Counted from the first letter of the stretch, positions 56,120-64,000 are shown. The stretch is DNA of 64,000 nucleotides from Verrucomicrobiota bacterium (GCA_003218975.1 QHPD01000098.1:11880-75879), one strand, 5' to 3'. Notes: generated by a model from the sequence alone, not told the origin. A program made the numbers and translations.

Positions 56120-57079
56120 ATGCCAGTGCAGTTTAGAGATTATTACGAGACACTCGGTGTGCCGAAAACGGCCAGCGACGAGGAGATCCGCAGCGCCTTT
56201 CGCAAGCTGGCGCGCAAACATCATCCGGATGTGGCCAAAGACAAAAAGGCCGCAGAAGAGAAATTCAAGGAGATCAACGAAGCGTACGAGGTATTAGGCG
56301 ATCCGGAGAAACGAAAAAAATACGATCAGCTCGGCGCAGATTGGAATAGGCCGGGTGGATTCCAGCCGCCGCCTGGCTGGCAGTGGGAAGCGCAACAACC
56401 GGGCGGCGGATTTTATCAATGGGGCGGCGACGGCGGCGGAGTTCAATTTGAATTCGGCGGAACGGGATTCAGCGATTTCTTCGAAGCGTTTTTCGGCGGC
56501 GGCCGCGGCCGCTCGGCTTTTGGCGGATTCGGTGGGCGTCAGGCAACGGCGGAACGTGGCGCCGATGTCGAAGCGGACATTATGGTCACGCTGGAAGAAG
56601 CCCTCCGTGGATCGACCCGAACGGTCTCGCTGCGCCGGGCCGGCTCAAACAAAGTGGAAAATTATCAGGTCAAAATCCCGCGCGGCGTTCACGAGGGGCA
56701 GCGCATTCGTCTGGCCGGCCAAGGTGAAGCCGGTATTCGCGGCGGAAAAAGTGGCGATCTGTTTTTGCGCGTGCGCCTGGCGCGCCACCCGGATTTTTCC
56801 GTCGAAGGCAGCGATTTGATTCATGACGTGAAAATCGAGCCGTGGCGCGCGGTGCTGGGCAGCGAATTAGTCGTGCCAACGCTCGAAGGGAACGTGCGCT
56901 TGAAAATTCCGCCAGGCACACAGGGCGGCCAGCGATTTCGCCTGCGAGAACGTGGTCTGCCGGGAGTCTCGGGAAAACGCGGCGATCTCTACGTCGATGT
57001 TCAAATTAATGTCCCGAAAAAATTAACCGAACGCGAGAAGGAGATCTGGCGCGAGCTGGCCAAATTGCAAGGCGGATAA
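56120..57079 (+). CDS. cbpA: J-domain co-chaperone, CbpA-like (no zinc finger)
   Basis: DYYETLGV..HHPD J-domain, a Gly/Phe-rich linker, and DnaJ C-terminal domains without the CxxCxGxG repeats. Confidence 0.85.
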   Translation: MPVQFRDYYETLGVPKTASDEEIRSAFRKLARKHHPDVAKDKKAAEEKFKEINEAYEVLGDPEKRKKYDQLGADWNRPGGFQPPPGWQWEAQQPGGGFYQWGGDGGGVQFEFGGTGFSDFFEAFFGGGRGRSAFGGFGGRQATAERGADVEADIMVTLEEALRGSTRTVSLRRAGSNKVENYQVKIPRGVHEGQRIRLAGQGEAGIRGGKSGDLFLRVRLARHPDFSVEGSDLIHDVKIEPWRAVLGSELVVPTLEGNVRLKIPPGTQGGQRFRLRERGLPGVSGKRGDLYVDVQINVPKKLTEREKEIWRELAKLQGG

Positions 57080-57104
57080 TAGCGGGAGCGGCGTTTTCCT
57101 TATT

Positions 57105-57196
57105 GAGACACGAATTTCACGAATCCACACGGATTAACTAAAACGGATTGACTCAAGGGTTATGAAATTCGTGGCAATTAGTGTAATTCGTGTCTC
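57105..57196. repeat. 12-bp perfect inverted repeat GAGACACGAATT / AATTCGTGTCTC spanning the cbpA-rpiB spacer
   Basis: Arms at 57105-57116 and 57185-57196. The interior is built of CACGAAT/ACGGATT short repeats. The right arm abuts the rpiB ATG (57197). Confidence 0.8.
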
Positions 57197-57628
57197 ATGA
57201 AAATTTCGCTTGGCACAGATCACGCCGGTTTTCGTTACAAGGAAAAGGCGAAAGAATTGCTCCGCTCGCTGGGGCACGAAGTGAAAGATTTTGGCACATT
57301 CAGCGAGGAACCGGTGGATTATCCGCTTTTCATTCGACCTGCGGCGGAAGCGGTAGCACGGGGCGAATGCGAGCGAGGCATCGTGTTCGGTGGCTCGGGG
57401 AATGGCGAAGCAATGGTAGCAAACAAGGTGCACGGCGTGCGCTGTGCTCTTTGCTGGAACGAGGAGTCCGCTCAGCTTTCTCGACAACACAACGACGCCA
57501 ATGTTCTTTCCATTGGCGAACGCCTGATCCCCGAGGATCTGGCGCTAAACATCGTGCGCATCTGGCTGGAAACCGGTTTCGATGGCGGGCGGCACGAGAG
57601 ACGCGTCGCGATGCTGAACGGGATGTGA
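57197..57628 (+). CDS. rpiB: ribose-5-phosphate isomerase B
   Basis: MKISLGTDHAGF..., GIVFGGSGNGEAMVANK, and the RpiB/LacAB pattern. Confidence 0.9.
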   Translation: MKISLGTDHAGFRYKEKAKELLRSLGHEVKDFGTFSEEPVDYPLFIRPAAEAVARGECERGIVFGGSGNGEAMVANKVHGVRCALCWNEESAQLSRQHNDANVLSIGERLIPEDLALNIVRIWLETGFDGGRHERRVAMLNGM

Positions 57629-57746
57629 TCTCGTTTAACCGCTCTGGAAGACTTAACAGGAGGCAGCCAAGAAAACGAAGATGGTGATTTGGATTGGATA
57701 TAGATACTCTTCGTTGGCTTCGTTTACTTCTGTTAGTTTTCTTCTA

Positions 57747-58601
57747 CTAACTTAACCGATCGACGCAAACTGCGAGGAGAAACACGGCGCTCACAAATGC
57801 GTTGCTCTGAAAAAACGCGCGATTGATTCCGATTAAATCCAGCTTCGTTGCAGTCTTGTGTTCGTAGAAGAGCGCCGCTGCCACGATCAACATTGCGTAG
57901 TAATAAACCGCGCCAAGTTTCGCTGCGAAGCCAAAACCGATGAGCGCAGCAAATGTCAGGAGATGGAGCACCTGCGCCAGCCGCAGGCTGCGCGGGATCC
58001 CGAGTTTTACCACCAGCGAACGAATACCTTCCCGCCGATCGAAATCGTAATCCTGCGTGGCATAAATCAGATCGAATCCAGCGACCCAGCAAATTACACC
58101 GGCCGCAAGCACAATCGGCGCAAGATCGACACGTCCAGTCTGCGCGATCCAAGCGCCGACCGGAGCGATCGCGAGCGCCAGTCCCAGAAAGAAGTGCGTC
58201 GCGCTGGTGAATCGTTTCGTGAGTGAGTAGAAAAAAATCATCGCTAGAGCTACGGGCGCGAGGAGAAAGGTCAGTTGATTAATTGCCGCGGCAGAACCAA
58301 CAAATCCAGCAGAGCTCAGAACCAGCAAAACCTGGGCCGCCGATTTTGAAATCAACAAGTGGCGAGAAGCAGTACGCGGGTTTCGCTGATCGAGCGACCA
58401 ATCAACCAACCGATTGAAAAGCATCGCTGCGGTGCGCGCAAATACCATGCAAAAAACAATCAGCAAAAACGTGCGCAATGACGGAAGGCCGTTCGCAGCT
58501 ACGACGAGCGCGCCCAGCGCAAATGGCAGGGCAAAAATTGTGTGCGAAAACCGAATTAGCCGGAAAAAACGACTAACTGGTCCCTCTCCAACCAGGCTCA
58601 T
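57747..58601 (-). CDS. UbiA-family aromatic prenyltransferase (4-hydroxybenzoate polyprenyltransferase-like)
   Basis: NRLVDWSLDQRN (NxxxDxxxD) and a second Asp-rich motif (YATQDYDFD). Polytopic. The ORF is open to TTG 58637, but those codons lie in a repeat element. Confidence 0.8.
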   Translation of the reverse strand: MSLVGEGPVSRFFRLIRFSHTIFALPFALGALVVAANGLPSLRTFLLIVFCMVFARTAAMLFNRLVDWSLDQRNPRTASRHLLISKSAAQVLLVLSSAGFVGSAAAINQLTFLLAPVALAMIFFYSLTKRFTSATHFFLGLALAIAPVGAWIAQTGRVDLAPIVLAAGVICWVAGFDLIYATQDYDFDRREGIRSLVVKLGIPRSLRLAQVLHLLTFAALIGFGFAAKLGAVYYYAMLIVAAALFYEHKTATKLDLIGINRAFFQSNAFVSAVFLLAVCVDRLS

Positions 58602-58620
58602 AAATATCACAGAAAGATTT

Positions 58621-58692
58621 TTTACAGAAGGAAACAAAGGTTCTAAGTGAATTCAAAAAGCCCTCTTCGTTACCTTCGTTTCCTTCTGTTAG
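58621..58692. repeat. CTTCGT/CTTCTGTTAG short-repeat element, copy a
   Basis: aaggaaacaaaggttct ... ctcttcgttaccttcgtttccttctgttag. Contains a 12-bp perfect inverted repeat (58624-58635 / 58678-58689). Related copies at 60611-60681, 57711-57745 and, inverted, 63050-63085. Confidence 0.75.
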
Positions 58693-59348
58693 AGATCGCT
58701 ATCGAGCAAAGCCCGCAACCGTTCACTTGCGCCGGATAAAATCGGTGTGCCGTGCGCGAAGAGAATCCGCTTCGCCTTGTGATCCAACAGTTTCCGCAAT
58801 GACCGCCGCATTTCTTTTTGATTCGAGCAATATTTTCCGGGCAGCAACGTGAAGCCGTAAGGTTCAAAATTGACCAGCGCGTCGCCGATGACGAATGTCC
58901 CGCCGTCAGGCGCGTAGTGCAGAGCAATTTCATCTTCCGCCGCGCCTTCGATGCCAATTACAGTCAGTCCCTCACAAATCTTGTCAGCGTCGGCAACTTT
59001 TCTGAATTCACGCGACGAGTTATGGGGAAATGTCTCGCCATGTCCGAATATTGAAGCTGAGAACTGCTCGGCAAATCTGGCGGAAGCACGGTGATGATTT
59101 GAATTCGTCACAATGACTCCTGCAACGCAGGAAGAATCTGCAAGTTCATCGAGCGCTTCGCTTCGTAAAGGAATTGGATCGATAAAGTAGCTGCCATCGG
59201 ACGTGATGAGACAGGTGGAATAGAGTTCCGTTTTCACAGCGGAATTATAGCCGTGCCAGATCGCGATATTCGAAGCGATACGATCGAAATCGAGCGCGCG
59301 GCTCACGGGCGAAACCATCGGCGTTCGGCACGGACCGTTCAAGTGCAC
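58689..59348 (-). CDS. MBL-fold metallo-hydrolase-like protein
   Basis: Beta-lactamase-fold-like pattern (YFIDPIPL ... VIVTNSNHHRAS ... LFAHGTPI). The motif is degenerate, so the call is tentative. Confidence 0.5.
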   Translation of the reverse strand: MHLNGPCRTPMVSPVSRALDFDRIASNIAIWHGYNSAVKTELYSTCLITSDGSYFIDPIPLRSEALDELADSSCVAGVIVTNSNHHRASARFAEQFSASIFGHGETFPHNSSREFRKVADADKICEGLTVIGIEGAAEDEIALHYAPDGGTFVIGDALVNFEPYGFTLLPGKYCSNQKEMRRSLRKLLDHKAKRILFAHGTPILSGASERLRALLDSDL

Positions 59349-59468
59349 GCGGCAGTCACGATCGCGGCTTCAAACCCTCGCCTTCACTTCGACCTTCGGT
59401 AACTCTCAAGATCTCGCTGGCTTGCCCTGCGGCGCAAAGCTGGTTCGCACGATTTTCCGCGCAGAGCT

Positions 59469-60374
59469 TCAATAATCCCAGCATCCCCCGCAGACCTCGG
59501 CCAAGCTCCAGCCCCCGGCCGGGACAGTTGGGCCGGCTGCGGAAGCGATGTGAACGTTATTACTCAGATACCATATCGCTGTTTGACCCGTGGTGCCTTT
59601 GTAAAGTACATAGTCCGGCTTGCCGTCGCCGTTAAAGTCGGCTGTAGCCACCAACTCCCACACCCAGACACCCGGAATGGTTGGACCATAAGCGGCTGCG
59701 ATGCGCGTTACTCCTGCTAAATACCAGATCGCCGTTCGGCCCGTACTGGCATTGAACAACGCATAATCTGGATGGCCGTCGCGGTTAAAATCCGCCACGC
59801 CCTTTATGCTATAGCCGGTAGGAAGAATTGGCCCTAACGTGGCGCCGATGCGAACGTTGTTGCTCATATACCACAGAGCCGTCTGCTGGGTGCTCGCGTT
59901 GTAAAGGACCCAATCAGGCCTGCCGTCTTTGTTAAAGTCGCCTGTCGCCACGGGTTCCCATCCACTGGGAAGAGTCGGCCCGGACGCGAAAGCGATGCGA
60001 ACGTTCTTGTTCAGATACCACAGAGCCGTCTGGCGCGTAGCGGTATTGAACAACAGATAATCTGGATGGCCGTCGCGATTAAAATCCGCCACGCCTGCCA
60101 ACTCCCAGCCCACTGGAAGAGTTGGGCCTAACGCGCCGCCGATGTGAACGTTGTTGTTGAGATACCATATCGCCGTCTGCCTCGTGCTCACATTGTAAAG
60201 CAGGTAGTCTGGTTTTCCGTCGCCGTTAAAGTCGGTTACTATAGCTCTTGGCAGCTGCGCCGACGCGCTAGAGCAGATTAGACTGATTACTGCCAAACAC
60301 AGTACCCCGCTTATTAAATGACGTGCGAGACCAATGTCAGATCTCAATTTCGTTTCCGCTTGTTTGTTCTTCAT
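59469..60374 (-). CDS. secreted FG-GAP/VCBS-repeat protein (five tandem ~47-aa repeats)
   Basis: Signal peptide, then 5 copies of DFN(G/R/K)DG(K/H/R)PDY.L(Y/F)N..T.QTA(I/L)WY(L/M)..N. Confidence 0.8.
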   Translation of the reverse strand: MKNKQAETKLRSDIGLARHLISGVLCLAVISLICSSASAQLPRAIVTDFNGDGKPDYLLYNVSTRQTAIWYLNNNVHIGGALGPTLPVGWELAGVADFNRDGHPDYLLFNTATRQTALWYLNKNVRIAFASGPTLPSGWEPVATGDFNKDGRPDWVLYNASTQQTALWYMSNNVRIGATLGPILPTGYSIKGVADFNRDGHPDYALFNASTGRTAIWYLAGVTRIAAAYGPTIPGVWVWELVATADFNGDGKPDYVLYKGTTGQTAIWYLSNNVHIASAAGPTVPAGGWSLAEVCGGCWDY

Positions 60375-60412
60375 GGTTTAACCTTCAACCTTTCTGCTTA
60401 AGGAATATTTCG

Positions 60413-60530
60413 TTTCACTGGTCTATACAGGAAACGAGAGGCGAAGTTCCCAAATAATTTGTTTTGGCAAACCAAAGGCATAGTCAACCTGCCTGAAGTT
60501 TTAACCACGAATTACGCGGATAACGCGGAT
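60413..60530. repeat. shared upstream module, copy 1 (5' of the FG-GAP gene)
   Basis: Contains ACAGGAAACGAGAGGCGAAGTTCCCAAA (28 nt identical to the 62931-62958 region) and GAAGTTTTAACC(A/G)CGAATTACGCGGATAACGCGGAT (37 nt, one mismatch). Confidence 0.8.
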
Positions 60531-60610
60531 AATTTGAAGCCCGACTTACTGCTCGAAAACAAACGCGAGGATTGTAAACAGAAGATAACTCCAAAGGCTT
60601 TTCGCGAGCG

Positions 60611-60681
60611 GGCAAAGGAAACAAAGATTCTGTTGTCCCTAAACCAGAAAAACCTTCGTCACCTTCGTTGCCTTCTGTTAG
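60611..60681. repeat. CTTCGT/CTTCTGTTAG short-repeat element, copy b
   Basis: aaggaaacaaagattct ... ccttcgtcaccttcgttgccttctgttag, collinear with 58621-58692. Confidence 0.75.
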
Positions 60682-60870
60682 AAAAGAAATGCGAAGCAGT
60701 TTATGTCGTCTCCGCCAGGTTATCGAACTCGAATACCGGTGATCGAAAGTTAGGTCGTCTCACCGTCTGCTCATCTAGGCCAGCATGGCACGCAGCGTGC
60801 GCAGTCGGCCTGTCGGGCTGGTTACCCAGTGCCCCGGCGGCACACTCTTTCTGCTTCTCAGTATGGGCAA

Positions 60871-61401
60871 TTACGGGCAAGTAATGAGTGGGCAATTACC
60901 TGGGGCCGGCATATCGATCCGTCTCGGTGCGCCCTTCGGAATAATCTGGACCACGATATTTACCGCCGTCTCGCTACCCTCGTTACGCACCAGGTGTACG
61001 TCCCCGCAGCCTATGTCGGTGAAGCTGTCGCCTGCTCTGTAGATCTTGGGCGTGCAGGTGGGGTCGGCGGCGTCGTAAACCGTGAGCGTTCCAGATGTAA
61101 CCGTGATCAGGCTGGGACCCGGATGCGTGTGCCACCCACTGTGAGCCCCGGCTGGGAACGTGTTTTGGATTACATAGACGTCCGAATCTCCCTTCACCAT
61201 CATCTTGAGGTTCCACCCGTACGAGTCGAACTCATTGCACATCAAGTTGAGCAAGCCAGACGGGTAGTGGCCCAGCGCCAGCGTTACGGGCGGCAACATC
61301 CCACATGAAGGCGTTGCGCGGGCCGGCGCGACGACGATGAGCGACAGTGCGATGAGAAGTGGCAGAATTAGTATTTTGTTGAACTGAGTTAGCGGATTCA
61401 T
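60871..61401 (-). CDS. secreted cupin-domain protein
   Basis: Signal peptide MNPLTQFNKILILPLLIALSLIVVAPARA. Cupin motifs GAHSGWHTHPGP ... GDVHLVRNEG. Confidence 0.7.
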   Translation of the reverse strand: MNPLTQFNKILILPLLIALSLIVVAPARATPSCGMLPPVTLALGHYPSGLLNLMCNEFDSYGWNLKMMVKGDSDVYVIQNTFPAGAHSGWHTHPGPSLITVTSGTLTVYDAADPTCTPKIYRAGDSFTDIGCGDVHLVRNEGSETAVNIVVQIIPKGAPRRIDMPAPGNCPLITCP

Positions 61402-61537
61402 GGTTGTTCCTTTGTTCTTTCCCCGGTGATTAGCCGGATTTGTTAACTGTGAAGTGTGATTTTTCTGTTGAGACTGGATTGTTGTTGGCAGGCTTGGATT
61501 TCCGTATTCGTTTTGAAAATGATGTCCGTCCTCGGTG

Positions 61538-62861
61538 TCATGGGACCGGCTGGAAGTAGTGCTCGTCCACGTACCGTCCAACGTCCCGCCCGAGGTGCGA
61601 GCCTTCCTCGCAGGAGTTGCGAAAGTGGAAACCGGCCAGGGTCCGCGCCAGATTTACGTCCTTGACCGCGTCGTGGAAGCTATCGTACTCGCGGGTCGTG
61701 CCGGTAACTCGGCTATCAAGGGTGAAGGTGACCTTATCGGTGCCGAAGAATGCCCGAAGCGCCTCCGCTAGCGCAGAGCTGTGGAAGGCATGCGCCGCCG
61801 GATACTCGGGGTGGTTAGGCGTCGTGCGCAGCGGCACCCAGGTCGGGTCAGCGAGAGTCGCGGGGTTCCCATCGGTATCCGCCAACGGGATCGCCCGGCG
61901 CGGACGCCAGAACCAGTAGTGGTACTTTGCCTCGAAGCCGGCGATCATCGCGTCTCCCCCAGAAACGTGCGCCATCGCCAGCATCCGTGCCGTCCGCACG
62001 AGGTCGAGCCCGCGGCCGACGGCAAGGTTGAGCATGCCGTCGTTCCACTGTCTAAGATCGTGGTCCGTCCAGAAGAGCGCCTGGGCGGTCTGTGCGGGGG
62101 TGCGAGTCGCGCTGTCAAGTCGGCCTAGGTCCTTGACTTGGTTGAAGTCTTCGGCGTACTCCTCGCTGGTCAGCGGATTGGGGCCGTCGGGACGGAACTG
62201 CGAGGCGCTCTCAAGCGCGAGCGGGCGAATGCCCGGCAGGCGAAGCCCCAGGACCGGCGGCAGGGGGTTGCCGGGATTTCGCTCCCAGATGCCGGGGCCG
62301 GGCGGCGGCGGGTTGAGGTCGGCGAGCGTGGGGTTCAGCTCCCGGCCGTCGTTCATGCGCAGCGCGACCACGGCTGCGGCCACCTGCTCGCCGACTGCGA
62401 TGCCGTTCGTCTTCGCTGCCCCGTCTTGGGATGGCGGCGAGGTAGGCGGCGTAGTCGCCGTCGAGAATCACCTGCTGGGCGGGTGTCAGGCCGAGCGCCG
62501 GGTGCAGGCCAACGAGCGTGTTGTGTGCCGCGGTTGCGATGGCGGCTGCGGATGACGTGTCGAGCGGCGCGATGAGCGCGATCGCGTACGGCTCATAGCC
62601 ACCCTCGATCGCGACTGCCGCGTCGTAGATCGCGGCGTGGACGATTCCCATGTATACGCCCGCCTCGCCAGGAAATTTGTTGCCCTAGTTTTCGGGGCCC
62701 GCGCTCGGCGGGACGATCGCACGCCGCGCCTCGTTACTCCAGTCGATCACTGGTGTCGCCGCCAAGTCGGCAGCATGCGCCGCCGGCGCACGCCCGACGA
62801 CGATGAGCGACAGTGCGATGAGAAGCAGCAGATTTTTTTTGAACTGAGTCAGCGGATTCAT
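61538..62861 (-). pseudogene. disrupted PAP2-superfamily vanadium-haloperoxidase/acid-phosphatase-like gene
   Basis: ATG 62861 gives a signal peptide plus 58 codons, then an in-frame TAG (62685-62687). The same frame continues (GIVHAAIYDAAVAIEG...) to about 62426, where a 1-nt frame change is needed to join the 61538-62383 ORF carrying HPEYPAAHA and GFHFRNS motifs. Confidence 0.7.
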
Positions 62862-62916
62862 TGTTATTATTGGGTCTTCTTTCTTGTTGAGGTTTGGATT
62901 GTGTATGTGTTCTGAC

Positions 62917-63033
62917 TTTCACTAAGCACTACAGGAAACGAGAGGCGAAGTTCCCAAACAATTTGCGTCGGAAAACCGACGGTATAGGCAAGCTCCCGAA
63001 GTTTTAACCGCGAATTACGCGGATAACGCGGAT
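62917..63033. repeat. shared upstream module, copy 2 (5' of the haloperoxidase-like pseudogene)
   Basis: Collinear with 60413-60530. See copy 1. Confidence 0.8.
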
Positions 63034-63200
63034 GTAACGGACAGGGGAAACCAGAAAAACAGAAGCAAACGAAGGGAACGAAGGATCGACGGGCTTCCTT
63101 AGCTGTTTTCATTTCCAGATAAGGTCTGCCTTCAAAACAACTTCATTCCTTGCCATGTTCGGATAACCGGGCTTCTGTCGCTTCCCGGCCGCCAGTCGTC

Positions 63201-63230
63201 TTGACGGAGCCCATAAATATGGGCGATAAT
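63201..63230 (+). promoter_or_regulatory. candidate vapBC promoter with an embedded palindromic operator
   Basis: TTGACG (63201-63206), 18-nt spacer, GATAAT (63225-63230). The spacer contains the perfect palindrome GCCCATA-AA-TATGGGC (63209-63224). Confidence 0.45.
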
Positions 63231-63493
63231 TGTCTGTGAAAACCACGCTCGAAATTCCGGAGCCGCTGTTCCGCAAAGTAAAAGCCAGTGCCGCGCGGCA
63301 GGGGCGCACACTCAAGCATCTCGTCCAGGAGGCACTCTCGGAGAAGATCGCACGCATAGATGGCGTCAACAGGAAGCAGAAGCCGTGGATGGTCCTGGCC
63401 GGCCGCTTGAAGCATCTCCACAGGGAAAACCGCCGAATCGAGCGTGTAATCGAGGCGGAGTTCGAAAACATCGAACCAGAAGACCGGCAATGA
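63230..63493 (+). CDS. vapB: type II antitoxin (VapB-like)
   Basis: Small ORF (about 87 aa) with ATGA overlap onto the PIN toxin. The N-terminus TLEIPEPLFRKVKASAARQGRTLKHLVQEAL looks like a DNA-binding antitoxin. The start may instead be GTG 63236. Confidence 0.6.
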   Translation: MSVKTTLEIPEPLFRKVKASAARQGRTLKHLVQEALSEKIARIDGVNRKQKPWMVLAGRLKHLHRENRRIERVIEAEFENIEPEDRQ

Positions 63494-63870
63494 TTCTCGA
63501 TACCAATGCGCTCTCCGCATTTGCGGATGGCGTGCCTCCCGTTGTGCAACAGATCGCCATTGCCGACGAGCTTCACGTTCCAGTCATCGTGCTGGGAGAA
63601 TACAGCTTCGGCATCGCGACCTCACGTCGCCGCCGTGAATATGAAGCATGGCTGGCGCGCGGCCGTGCGCTCTGGAACGTGCTTCCCCTGGTCGAGGAGA
63701 CTGCCACGCACTACGCCGAGATTCGGCAGCAACTGAAGAGAGCCGGCGCTCCCCTGCCTGCCAACGACGTTTGGATCGCCGCGCTGGCGCGACAGCACGA
63801 TCTGCCGGTTCTAAGCCGTGATGCTCACTTTGACACTGTGTCCGGTCTTACTCGACTCTCATGGCGCTAG
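63490..63870 (+). CDS. vapC: PIN-domain toxin VapC
   Basis: MILDTNAL (first acidic residue), a conserved Glu/Asp pattern, and C-terminal LLSRDAHFD. Confidence 0.85.
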   Translation: MILDTNALSAFADGVPPVVQQIAIADELHVPVIVLGEYSFGIATSRRRREYEAWLARGRALWNVLPLVEETATHYAEIRQQLKRAGAPLPANDVWIAALARQHDLPVLSRDAHFDTVSGLTRLSWR

Positions 63871-64000
63871 CCATGCAGCATATTTATCCAAACCGCGGAT
63901 TACGCGGATGTAACGAATGAGCCGAATTTTGTGGAAAAGATCGATTCGGCGAGCCGCCGAAACCAAGTCGCCGCAGCGACTGCTCCCCAGAGCTAGAAAC

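Noticed and set aside
60459-60884. 141-aa plus-strand ORF between the FG-GAP and cupin genes.
   Set aside because: It starts inside the shared upstream module and crosses the CTTCGT element. It has no motif and a repeat-derived composition.
57080-63100. CRISPR array, suggested by the recurring short repeats (CTTCGT, ACGCGGAT).
   Set aside because: The repeats are not regularly spaced, have no uniform repeat/spacer periodicity, occur in both orientations, and there are no cas genes.
1-64000. Transposases, integrases, prophage or classical defence systems (RM, CBASS, retrons, Cas).
   Set aside because: No ORF shows the corresponding motifs. The only toxin-type module seen is the vapBC pair at 63230-63870, and AddAB is ordinary recombination repair.

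Overview
The window looks like chromosomal DNA around a replication origin (dnaA-dnaN at 49.9-52.4 kb). The short-repeat repertoire (CTTCGT/ACGAAG and ACGCGGAT elements, a GxxExxY gene) suggests a Verrucomicrobiota-like organism, but that is inference only. Three things stand out. (1) Bases 0.4-28.8 kb form a large lipid and glycoconjugate supercluster. It holds a eukaryote-style ceramide toolkit: an SPT-like alpha-oxoamine synthase, a DEGS-like Delta4-desaturase, an FA2H/Scs7-like hydroxylase and a GNAT-type N-acyltransferase. Alongside these are myo-inositol-1-phosphate synthase, three CDP-alcohol phosphotransferases, two nucleotidyltransferase domains, a DevBCA/MacAB-like ABC exporter with two TolC paralogs, a PIG-L/LmbE deacetylase, a radical SAM enzyme, three GT-C glycosyltransferases, a GT9, a GT-A, a flippase and an SDR. 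I read this as a candidate pathway for an inositol-phosphoceramide-based, further glycosylated (GIPC/GPI/PIM-like) envelope lipid. (2) Bases 35.0-40.5 kb hold a complete selenocysteine locus: selB, selA, selD, tRNA-Sec. Two UGA-recoded genes there are missed by the stop-delimited ORF track: the Sec-containing N-terminus of selD and an unlisted SelW/Rdx-like selenoprotein. They sit next to a DsbA-VKOR pair. (3) Bases 59-64 kb are an accessory-looking patch: a shared about 117-nt upstream module, a duplicated signal-peptide cassette, a GC-rich haloperoxidase-like pseudogene and a vapBC pair. The rest is housekeeping (addAB, tonB-exbBD, def, pepF, cbpA, rpiB, ubiA-like). All calls rest on motif recognition by eye. 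No database search, HMM or RNA-folding computation was run.
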